A DNA stretch of 64,000 nt from Cystobasidiomycetes sp. EMM_F5. Taxonomy: Eukaryota. How positions within the stretch are numbered: the stretch's first letter is position 1; each line of letters begins with the position of its first letter. Both the position numbers and the translations under genes were made by a program. Below are positions 41,073-52,261 of this stretch, piece by piece. Below the pieces are notes generated by a model, which was given only the letters and a program-made list of their open reading frames with translations, ran no database searches and was not told the origin of the DNA. The stretch covers positions 62,001 to 126,000 of the forward strand of contig JBPGPT010000014.1 of NCBI GenBank assembly GCA_051047955.1. Direction: 5' to 3'.

Positions 41073-41231
41073 AATATTCAGGCATACGGGAGGGAACTAG
41101 AGGATACACATCCGAGCACTTGTGCAACCTGTCGAAAGCTGCTTCGGCCTGGTCTTCGCAAATAGATGATCGGGGACCGGGGATGTTTCGCACTTACGCA
41201 CACTTGCTGACGAGGTTCTGCCAACTATACT

Positions 41232-42628
41232 ATGGCTGGGATCCACTACCTGCAGTTCTCCGACGCGTCTTCCAGCAACGCCCAAGTCTCATACTCGTTG
41301 CTCGAATTGCCGGCGGCTTTGTTGTCTCAGCTCGACGCGCAAATTGCATCTGGCAGTTCGAGCTCTTCCTGGGTCATCAAGGGTCAACCGCAAGATGACG
41401 CAGTTCTGTGCACTTATGATGAGACGTACAATGTCCGCGGAGTGCAAAATTCCAATTCTCTGCTCTTGTGCCAACCGTCTGTGGACGCTGAAAGCGATAC
41501 TTTCGGGGTAAGCGATCCGAAAGGAAAGAGACGACGGCTGGACATTCAAGGAACACTGCATCAAACGTTAGAGCTGGAAAAGGCGATACCACGTCTCGAC
41601 AGGCTGACCCATATGTTGCGCAATCACGAATGGAGTCCGGATGAAGCTGACACTACCAACAATAAAGTAAGAGGGATGATACTGCAGCAACTACGTATAC
41701 TAAGTCTGTCTCTAATGCTCGCAGCAAAGAAAGCGTCCACACCGGCATACTGTCGAGGATATCTTAGAATTGCTGCCGGCGAGTGATGGCCAAATCAGAA
41801 AAGCAATGCGCGACAAAAGGATCATTGAGGTTGATGGTGCGATTTGTCATAATGAACCTTCGGCTCCATCAGACGCTGAATCTCTGCCCCCGCAGGCTAC
41901 TGTCGCCTTATCTCGCCTTCTACACTTTGTGCATTTCTTCAGAATGTACTGAGCACAATAACCGTGCTGGGATATACACCCGCATCCTTCGACATTGACG
42001 ATCTGTCTAGAAGTCTACATGCAGATGATGGTATACCAATAGAGGTGACTGGCCAGATTCTGGACTGGTTCGCTACACGCACGAAAGGCGACAGGTGGAG
42101 TATTAATGTGCAACAGGTCGCTCGCGAGCTTGGAAAGCGTCTCCTGTCAACTCATGGGGTACTGCTTCACGAGCTGTCGGTCCTGTAGCATTGCTGATGG
42201 CGTTCAAATCTGCTTTACAGAAAAAGCCAGTGCCCGTCTCAAGTTTCATGGCGGCGTGGAAGGAGGCTGTCGGTGAACAATTGGCAGATATTTGCGACCC
42301 AGATCTGCTTGAGGTGAGCTACGTGTCTGGCCTATGCTACTTACAATCGATCGACATGCATATACAGGGTTTGTGTCTAGTCAATCCTGGTCGCGCTTCG
42401 CTCGAGCCGAGCTTGGTGTACTTCCCGGTTGCGTCCCTGCCTACAGATCCAGCTTTACGGTTCTCGGAGCTATTCTCTGCGCGCCCCAAGTGGAAGGTCA
42501 AAGAAATCGCTCCGTTTCTGGTTGATTTGGCTATCGATTCGAAAAAGAGAGATGCGATAACACTCAAATTTACGAGGAAAGTCAAGGGAGATGATGGAGA
42601 GCCATACTATGCGGCACGCGTAAAGTGA
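41232..42628 (+). CDS. DCC1: Sister chromatid cohesion protein Dcc1
   Basis: YSLLELP, IKG..DDAVLCT, VQNSNSLL and LPTDPALRFSELFSARPKW. Confidence 0.9.
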
Positions 42629-42729
42629 ACGAGAAGTTAGATGTCGTTGGGCCGGTTACAGTATACACATAGATCGGAAGGTCAGGAGCCTTCATGACAG
42701 AAGCCGGGCCCCTACTGTTTTGCCAAATC

Positions 42730-43942
42730 ATGAATCTGATATCGCCTGCAGAGCTTGGGTATATTTCTGGAGCTCTGCTAGCTGGTCGTCGTACAGATGG
42801 TCGCGCCCTCTTCTCGTTTCGAGAAATCAGTCTTGCTACGAGCTGCATCCCACAAGCATCAGGCAGTGCACGAGTCGGCTGCGCTGGTACAGACGTCCTC
42901 GTTGGTATTAAACTGGAGACTGGAAGCATAAGCGCTCCTCTAGACGAACGGCTCCAGATCAGCATCGAAGTGTAAGTCGGAGCGCTGGCACAAGACTGTT
43001 TGATGGCTTCTTTCGAGAAATTACGTCCAGCTAAATTGGCATTCGTGACAGCTCTGAAAGTGCTCTGCAATCTCTACCATCTGACCCTACGAATGCTCTG
43101 TTGAGCCACGCATACGCTCTGACTTCTGGCCTGGTGGAACATAAACAGCTGGTTATCCTGCCGCAAAGCAAGAGCTGGCATTTGCAAATCAATACTACAG
43201 TACTGTCCTCGGATGGAGGAGGCAATCTATACGACATACTGGCCGTAGCAATCCGTAGCGCATTATGGGATATGCGGATACCGAATACCAGGCCCATTGC
43301 CTACGTAAAGGCAAAGCCAGCTGGGCGAACCGCAGCGGGTGCTTCTACCGCAGAAGATGAGGAAATGGATGTCGACCGCGGCATGGAAGCACTACTAAAG
43401 GGACGGAAAGGCGGGGCTGGAAAAGCCAAGCAAGCAGAAACGGCCGGAAGTTCTGCAGATTTCGAACTTCTCGATTATGAAGCAGGATCAGGACAGCATC
43501 TAACGAACAGAAACGACCTTCCGGTATCCATTACTATGAATCTGGTAAGTCGGTAAATGAAAGGCAATGAGCTCGACTAAGCAGCACTTCTGGCAGACGC
43601 CCAAATCGCTTCAGCCCTTCATCGATGCTACACTCTTCGAATCTTATGTTGCTCCCATACGATTGGTTGCGGTATACGATGGTCAAGGCAATGTCATACA
43701 CGTTCGACAAGAGATACCGGAGGCATCGGCAAGTCTTGAAAATAACGACTTACCGTACGATAGACTCGAGGGTCTCATTGACGTGAGTCAACGAGTTTCC
43801 TTGCGGCATACACAGACAATTGAAGCTTTTCAACGAGCAGATGGCATCAAATCTATCAAATTCTTTCATCGCCAGCTTAAATGAACGCCTAAAAGACCCA
43901 CTGACTGGCAGTGGAGGAGTACGCTTGGCGGCATTTCCATGA
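42730..43942 (+). CDS. RRP42: Exosome RNase PH-like subunit Rrp42
   Basis: ISPAELGYI, RTDGR, GSARV, VGIKLE, GGNLYD and ALWDMRIP. The last exon ends at TGA 43940-43942. Confidence 0.85.
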
Positions 43943-44072
43943 CGGTAGCGGACAGCATACAGCATAAAGCATTTGCATTTGCGACATGCGCATACGGACA
44001 GAGCACGCTCGATCTATGTTCAGATATACAAGATAGGCTACATCGGACACATGCTTCTGCGAGACAAACCGC

Positions 44073-45715
44073 TCAATGACCAGCCGACACTCGGGCATGA
44101 TATATCACTACGCCGAGGCAGACAAACATTACCAGGACGCCTGTCACTAACAGCGTCTTTGCCAACAGGCGGACCCCCTTGAACTCGTCCTCCGGGTATA
44201 ACTTTAGATAGAACAGCGCTGGAAGAATAAAGGAGATAGTAGTACTTCCGGTGCTCCCAACGAGACCCAGCACGAGCTCCAGTTGACGTACATTCATGGA
44301 GATTGTGAAAGTCAAGATCAGGAGGAACGTCGTTATGAGAATATGCTTCAAATTTGATTCTGGCGCTCGAAGAAGGTTGGTCACGGATGCTCGACACGGT
44401 AATATTTGGAGCGGGTAGCTGTCAAGGCCATGACGCCATTAGGCAACAATGCATGCACTATGCGAGCGTCCAGCTCACCTAAAGAGCACCAAGACGACGA
44501 TCCCAGCTCTGCAAATGTTGATGAAGAGACTATCGTGGTATGCCGTCATGATGTTACTGGGGACCTTCTCCCCGAAAGTAATGTCTTTGAAGAGGACGCA
44601 CTGTACTTAGCCTGGCTAGCACATCTTGCGCAGCGTACTCACAACCCAAAATGCCAATGACTTCGTATATACAGGCTGCGCCACCTATACTGAAGCCGAT
44701 GACGTGGTTCATACGACTTTGGCTGTTGTGTTGAATCTCGTTGAAGCACGAAAACAGGTTTTGTGCACAGGTGAAGGCGAAAATATAGACTGGTATGCTC
44801 GAAACCACGGTCGGGCTGTAGACAAACAGATGGCTGGGCGATGATTCTGGCAGAGAGTGCTGGAAGAAGAACTTGTACACGACCACAATAATCTTGTAAT
44901 CTCGAAGTGTTAGACTAGCCGGGGGTAGCATGAGAAGTGTACTTACCAGATCTGCCACAGCGACTAGAGCGATATACGACGTGAAGCGCAGTGAATGCAA
45001 TTGACGAAGATAGCACAGTGGGGTCAAAATGACCATGGCAGCTACAATCCATAGCTGTCTGTCGAGCAGCCAGTCTGGCGGATTGCGGTCAAATGAAAGG
45101 ATGACTCTGGGCATCAAGGCACCAATGATGATTAAATATGAGCAGGATACGCCTGCACATTTGATGGCAATGGCAGAGTCGAATAGGGCTCCTGCCTTCG
45201 GGTACGTCATATTTGCGAGCGCTTTGAAGGATGCGGTACGAGGTGGCTGGACTCGGGCAGCGGAGCGTGATAGCATCCAGAGGCCAAAGAAGGACATAAG
45301 GCCGCTGATGATGATCAGTGCGGCGCCGGGAATGACACCGCATGAAGCGACCGAGTGCGGCATGGCTTCAACAAATTACTTCGATATCAGCGGAGCTTGT
45401 AAAAGAAGAGCACAGATAGTATACCTAGCATGCCAGTGCCTAGGATGGTATTGGACACTGCAATGGGAAGTTCCCTTCAGTCGAGTCCCTGGCTATTGCC
45501 CTTCGTAACGGACAATTACTGATGCAGGACAGCATGGTCGCTGATCCGCCATCATCTGTGAGCTGGCAGCGTCACCGAGGAAAGCAGCACTCAATCTTCA
45601 CCTCAGTCTAATGCTCACCGCCGTCCTTGGCTATCAATGTTGACTGCTCGTCGGCTCCATCCTGATGGTTTTCACTAGACGGCACAGCTTGATAGCCATG
45701 TCCGTTGCTTGACAT
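44073..45715 (-). CDS. Vacuolar amino acid transporter (AAAP family, Avt5/6/7-like)
   Basis: NLSNTILGTGMLAMP, AIAIKCAGV..SYLIIIG, FAFTCAQN and VGSTGSTTISFILP. Confidence 0.9.
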
Positions 45716-45997
45716 TGCTTGCACAGGTTACCGCAGGGTAGTGAGAGCAATCCTCAATAACAGTCTCATATAGCAGATTTGCCTAATGATGTAGCAGAGG
45801 TCGCGGTGAGACCCGGAGACAAGCTGTCCCTAGCGAACGCAGTCGGCAACGGGCCTGACGATCTCTAAGTGATAGAATCATCGTACAATATTGATACGAT
45901 CTGGCTACAGACGTCTTGCCTACATTCTTTTTGCTACGCAGCACTGTCCTGGCGCATTGCGACTAGGCCGATGCTAGTCAGAGCGGAGAAATGCTTC

Positions 45998-47528
45998 TCA
46001 CTCAGTCTTCATTGGGCATCCACGATCAACAGATAGCGACTTTGTCTTCTCTGCGATGAGTTTCGTGCAAAGTGCCATCATATTTTCAGCGAGCTGCTCG
46101 TCATTTGCCAATGGAGAACCTGGCTCATCAACGGCTGGAGGGCAGAAGTATCGTCCAGACTTCTCGGTTGCGGTCTATTGTGGAAAGTCCATGTGAGCAG
46201 CGCACTGTAGATGTAATGCCAAACTGAACTTACGACTGCATAAAGGGTAGGCAGTGCCCCTTCGAACTGATCTTTCTTGAAGGGTGCCTATGAACGCCCA
46301 AGGTCAGCACGCGATCTCAATACCATTGTTCGGTAGTAACTGAGATCAAATGCGCACCATCACGTCTCGCATTAAGTAACCTCCAAGCGGGAATGGCTCA
46401 AGGATGTCTTCTTCCGACATCTTGGTCTTTACGAACCCAGGATGGGTCGAGTTGGCGAGGATATTGGGATGTTTGCTCGTGATGTGCTTGTTGAGATACT
46501 TTGCATATAGGATAGCACCAAGTTTGGCCACTCCGTACTGAGTATTTGGGCCTCTGTCCTCGTTGATTTCCTCCAAACTTTCAAATTTGAGGTCTTTCGG
46601 TGCAAACTGCGAAACTTCAGCTCAACTTTGTGACACGTAGAAACACAACAAGCTTGCGTACCTGGTGAGCGTTGGAAGATTGATACGAGAGCCGGACCTT
46701 ATGTCCCTGGCTTGCCGTCTTTTCCAGCAAAGGCAGCAGATGCGATGTCAGAATGACGTGTCCCATGACATTCTATAGCCGTACACAGTATGCGGTCAGC
46801 ATTGACAATTATGAAAAGGATGGTCCACAATGATGTACCGTCGCCATGTGTCGGTCGACACCATAATCCGTCAATTGTGCTGTCATGCTTAACAGACAGG
46901 CGTGGATTTAAGCTTTTGATTCCTTCAATCGTTGTCTCAGTAGTACTTACATTCCCCTTGCAGCGTTTCCGACAAGAATGTCCAGGCGGTCTGTCGATTT
47001 GGCAATTTGGTCCGCTACGGCTGCCACTGCAGCCCAGTCTGCCATGTCGCACCGAATCCATTCCGTCCTGTCTGCTTTATCTTGTCCGAGCTCCTCTGCG
47101 ATTGCCTTCTTGGCGCCCTCGACAACCTCCTTTGACAGCGAAAGAATGAAGACCTTCTCGATGCCTTTGCTGAGAAGGGTGTGCGTCACGCCGTAGCCAA
47201 TCCCCTCGCTGCCGCCAGTGATGACTGCGCATTTTCCAGCTTGCGATGGGATGTCATCGAGTGTAAATCTAATGGGAATGTTAGTCAGTGGTCAAGCGGG
47301 ACAAGAGGCTGCTACTCACTGATCTTTGGCGCTCGCAAGCTTAACACCTCCGCCGCTAATATCAGCACAGACTAGTCAGCAGACGATGTAAGTTGATGGC
47401 GGTCTTGACTGTTCTTCGTACAGGTTTTCTACAACGGTGTTCTGCAGAATCGAGACGGTCCTGTCAATCATTCATTGTACCTGGCCGCAACGACAGCTCA
47501 CCTTGATGTTCTCCAATACTCCTGCCAT
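45998..47528 (-). CDS. Short-chain dehydrogenase/reductase
   Basis: ITGGSEGIG, LDILVGNAARG, YGVAK (YxxxK) and HPGFV. The exact 3' end is uncertain. Confidence 0.88.
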
Positions 47529-47945
47529 GCTGTGCTATATCTTGATGCGATTTCAGTAGAGTCCGTTGAAGATGAGAAGGTGCTCTCAATGCTCGTTTGC
47601 GTAATCGATGATTGGCCGGCCGCGTGACGCACATATCGCGGCGAAGATCAGCAAGACTCGTTTGCCATCGGCGTGACTAACGCGTTGTCCGTCAATAATG
47701 CAACGTAGAGCTCGACATGTGTCTCCGTAAATGTTAGCAGAGCGTAGTTAATTGATATGTCATCGACGCTGGTCCCTACTAGTCTCCTGCTCGCAACAGC
47801 ATTGGCCAGCATAACACAACAATTCCATACGCAAAGCTATGTAGCAGCAGATATTGGACGTCCGAAAGCCGTCAGAACTCTTAAGTATCGCCTTGCTGCT
47901 GATTGCCCACTTTACACGGTCTTGCCTCTTCATTGGCTACCCACA

Positions 47946-49330
47946 ATGGACAGCAATATCGCCCAAAAAACCTTTGAGCTGCACAATGACATCAAGACTG
48001 TTGACAGCGTGTACGAGTACAATGGCGAAGCGCAGCGGCAGCTCAATAAGGACCGGCCGTGGAAAGGCGACCCGCACTACTTTAAGCATGTCCAGATTTC
48101 AGCAGTAGCTCTCGTAAAGATGGTCACGCACGCACGTTCTGGTGGACAGTATGAGATCATGGGACTCATGCAGGGCAAGATTGAAAAGGAGACGTTTGTC
48201 ATTCTGGATGCCTTTGCATTGCCGGTGTTGGGGACGGAGACTCGAGTGAATGCAGGCAGCGAGGCAGACGAGTACATGGTGCAGTACAAGATGACATCCG
48301 AGCAGGTAGGTCCGCATTAGAATGACTATCGCTGTTACGCAATCCCACTAATTGCGTACGCATGACGCAGGTTGGACGGCCAGAGAACATAGTAGGGTGG
48401 TATCATTCTCACCCAGGCTACGGCTGCTGGCTATCAGGAATAGATGTGTCAACACAGCACAATAATCAATCGTTTCAAGATCCGTTCCTCGCCATTGTCA
48501 TTGATCCGAACCGTACTATCTCAGCTGGCAAGGTCGAGATTGGGGCATTTAGGTCTTACCCAGAGGTAAGCTTCCTGCCATCCTAGATCTCCTGCACTGT
48601 CACTTACGTATTCCGTGCCCAGAATTATACACCCCCGAATGCGGCACCATCCGAGTATCAGAGCATTCCGCTGAACAAGATTGAAGATTTTGGCGTACAT
48701 TCATCACGCTACTATCCTCTCGAGATATCTCACTTCAAGTCGTCACTCGATACTCAGCTACTTGAGCTATTGTGGAACAAATACTGGGTGATGACACTAT
48801 CCCAGTCCCCACTCGTTGCGGTGAGCATGCGTTCACTGATCATCCTGTTGACGCTTCTGACATGTTTTTTTGCTTTCCAGAACCGGTCCTACATGACTTC
48901 GCAAATTACAGACATGACCGAGAAACTAGGTCGTACCGAGGCAAATGTGCAGTCCAGGAGTAGTCTCGCCGCACTTGCGCCAGAGGTAGTTGCAGCAAGG
49001 CAAGGGTCAAGTAGCAACGGCAAAGGGAAAGAAAAAGACGTGACTTCCTTCGAGAATGGGCAAGATGTGCAGCCAAAGGAAGAGAATGCCATGACGAGGG
49101 TTCTCAAAGACAGCAAGAAGATCTCAACAGAATGTCATCATGGATTGATGTAAGTCATTCTCGAGCAGACCTAGTACATAAAGACGCTGAACCCATTTTG
49201 TGTGTCCAGAAATCAAATACTCAAAGATCTGCTGTTCAATCGCTCGACCGTCCCAATCGAAATGGACGCACAGGGGAAGCCAGTTTCCGACGAGAACTTG
49301 GGTCGGGCGATGCAGTCAGCCATTGCGTAA
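47946..49330 (+). CDS. CSN5: COP9 signalosome subunit 5 (JAMM deneddylase)
   Basis: [22 protein letters not shown] and [18 protein letters not shown]. Confidence 0.96.
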
Positions 49331-49599
49331 GTTTAGGAGGAGTAGTACTGAGGCAGGGCAGCAGTGCGCAGTGCGCACAGTTCGTTCATGGTTTCGCTTT
49401 CAGCACGTAGTCATCATTCGCCCGAAAGCAAAGCAGTAGGCAGTTTCCATTGTTGTGACTTGTAGACATAACGGAGAGGAGGAATTCGACGTAGGAGGCT
49501 CAGGTTGCTGTCTCTGTAGCTTGTCCGGCTCGATCGCGCGTCATACAGGCCGTCTCGCTTTCGCCGGCCAGTAAATACCGTCCAACTCGTCAAGCAATC

Positions 49600-50390
49600 A
49601 TGGCACAAGGTGCGCTGAACGATGCTCTGCCATGGTTATTAGATCGCTGAGTGCTGACATGGCTGCTAATTCGTCTTCGACTGCTGAAACATCGTCGACA
49701 ACGACATACACAGTCCCTCGCAACTTTCGGTTGCTAGAAGAGCTGGAAAAGGGCGAGAAAGGTCACAACGAAGGATGTGAGTTGCGTCATGTAGAGAGCC
49801 TCGCAGGCGCGCAAGGGCTGGCCTGGCCTGGCTGACAGCTTGCGTGATCCAAACCCAACAATGCTATCATACAAACTGGACGATGTCGTCAATATACATG
49901 ATTCGCTGTTGTCTGGCTCACAGGGTGCTCCTACGGTTTGTCCGACTCGGACGACATCACCATGACGCACTGGAACGGGACCATTCTCGGACCACCGCAT
50001 GTCAGTTCCGTCTGGCATAGTGAGGGTATACGTCCTTCTGATCACTTTACACAAAACAGTCTGTGCATGAAAACCGCATCTATTCTGTCTCTATCGAATG
50101 TCCAGATTCGTACCCCGATAAGCCACCCATCGTTGCCTTCATTTCAAAGGTCAACCTTCCGGCAGTAGATAGCACGGGAAAAGTGAGCTAGGCTGCTTAG
50201 GTACTCTTCATGTAGCATTTGAGGTGGCTGACTTCCTGCTTCGTAGGTGAACTTCGCCAAGGTGGACGGACTTCAGACATGGCGCCGAGAGACAAACATT
50301 TTCGACATTTTGAGAGCCATCAGGAAATCCATGGGCGAGCCTGCCAACAAGAAGCTTCCTCAACCGCCAGAAGGCCAGACTTACAATTGA
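49600..50390 (+). CDS. MMS2: Ubiquitin E2 variant Mms2
   Basis: Spliced MAQVPRNFRLLEELEKGEKG, WNGTILGPP, HENRIYS and KKLPQPPEGQTY. Confidence 0.95.
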
Positions 50391-50840
50391 GAGGATCTAC
50401 GTTTGACCGCCTGCCGGAGTTACAAAGGAGCACACATACTGTGTGGCGCTGTTTCTGCCCTTGATGCACTTTAGAATTGCGGTAGTGTCGTCGTCTGCCC
50501 TTTGGGATGAGTAATTCCAATACAGTGATTATACTGATAATAATGAGCGCCCTGGAAAGTTGCGTCAGATCCGAGTGTAAGAAAGCTGGAATGTAACAGG
50601 TTGCGCTGACACAGTATGACCGCCATTGATACCCCCAAAAACAATTGAAGTAAACGCCAGCGCGTTACGACTCACCCCAATTTACAGCTGTGGATATCGT
50701 CTGGTGTGGAGATACCCTAAGTGCTGCCGACAACGGCATGTTTTCCCAATATGTTGAAGGACCACCGCAAAGCTGCACGAACCGCCCGAGATGTGTCCTA
50801 CGAGTACCTCATCCACCTCAAAAGGTGCCCTCATGCACGT

Positions 50841-50981
50841 CTGATGCACCCCTGTTGACGCTGACTTGCTCCTAACAGGGCTAATGCACCCCCGTCCAGC
50901 CTTAGCCGCCCCCAACATGTGTAATACACCCCTGTCAATGTTGACTCGCCCCCAAGCATGTCTGATGTACCCCCAAAGAAT
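50841..50981. repeat. Degenerate tandem array with about 40-bp period (two alternating 20-bp C-rich subunits, about 3.5 copies)
   Basis: Units ctgatgcacccctgttgacg / ctgacttgctcctaacaggg / ctaatgcacccccgtccagc / cttagccgcccccaacatgt / gtaatacacccctgtcaatg / ttgactcgcccccaagcatgt / ctgatgtacccccaaagaat. Confidence 0.75.
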
Positions 50982-51592
50982 TTATGCGGCTTATACTGAC
51001 CTCGGCAGGCGATACAATCAGAGTCTGTCGCTGACAAGATGTTGTGCGGGCGATCTGGTACGGATATATGCTACACTGCTGCCTCGCATGCCATTGTCAC
51101 TTCTACGTCATGCGAATGCATACATCCCCGCAATTACTAGTTTCTCGAAAAGGAGTCCAACATATTACAGCAGTGTCGAATGCGAAATCATTTGTACACC
51201 ATCTTATAGGACGCGTTGTAGTTATAACCATTATCTAAGCTGTTTCGTTCTCAATCCCCCAAACCTGGGTCTCCTATATATACTGTATTTCGCTCTCGCA
51301 CGCTCCAGCCTTTCGAAGTAGCTTGAGATGTATGCACACGGTAACGAACAGCAAGCCTGGCTCAAGATATTAACGTCGTGTTGGAAATCTGCTAATATAC
51401 CGTCGACTGATATGTGCGCTCTCCGATTGGTCGACTATATATGCCGCCGACTCCTTTTTTCGAAGTCGGTGGCGGCGGTGTCAGACCCAAACATCATTTG
51501 CGACACCCTCGTTCTCTTGCCCTTATTCTCTGCTTTAGACACAAACCCTTCAACCTCATTTGCAAACCTCTCACTTCATCTACTCATATACC

Positions 51593-52142
51593 ATGGCCTC
51601 TCAAGCACCTCCTGTCACAATCATCTGGTACGCCATTATCTGCTGTTGCAGCGCGTCATCGTAACTGACTTTACTGCTTTTCCTGCTATACAGCGGCATC
51701 AATTGCGCCTGCGCCGAGGAGTCCAAGGCTGCAGTCAAGACGGCCGACACGAGCGGCTGCGTCGCGCACGAGAACTGCAACTACGCCCAAGCTGGCAAGT
51801 GCAGTTGTGCAAATGGCCAATGCCAAGCGAGTCAAAACAAGAGACTGTGCAGTCTAGCAACAGAGGTACGTTGGTCTATTCCTACAATTGACTTTTCGTC
51901 GTTGCTGACTGTGTTGCATGTGTTTGCAGGGCAAGTGCGAGTGCGCTGTAAGTCTAACCAGCGGCCGCTTGCTAACTTTCCATTACATCCGATCTGATTG
52001 ACGTATATTCTGTCTTCCCATTACTGCTTTGTAGGCCGGCCAATGCAAGAAGATGGAAGAGACCCGTGCAGCCTGCCCTGCGAGCGGATCGTGCAATTGT
52101 GCCGCAGGCGTATGCAACAGAGCAGCTGTCCCTCTCCGCTAG
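51593..52142 (+). CDS. Metallothionein-like protein (110 aa, 16 Cys, modular)
   Basis: Exons 51593-51627, 51694-51865, 51930-51947 and 52035-52142 join in frame through canonical GT-AG introns. There are three CxC-containing modules, one aromatic residue and no signal peptide. Confidence 0.8.
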
Positions 52143-52261
52143 TCGCCGAGTACGGCAGACAGGCTGTCGGGCCTGTCGTCGTGACATGTATTGTAGCAAC
52201 ATCTCGTAGACTGACGTGTCAATCCTGCACGCAGCGTTCAGGAATGTCTCATCGCCCTTGC

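Noticed and set aside
47757..47945. In-frame upstream extension of CSN5
   Set aside because: Recognisable similarity begins at [10 protein letters not shown]; the extension has no recognisable features and lies in the divergent promoter.
50841..50981. Repeat array as CRISPR or as a tandem pheromone precursor
   Set aside because: The context is eukaryotic, there are no identical repeats with unique spacers, the period is not a multiple of 3, and I saw no repeated CAAX peptides.
50866..51891. ORF-track ORFs 50866-51321 and 51328-51891
   Set aside because: Composition is not protein-like; they run through the repeat array, the promoter and the introns of the better-supported MT-like gene in another frame.
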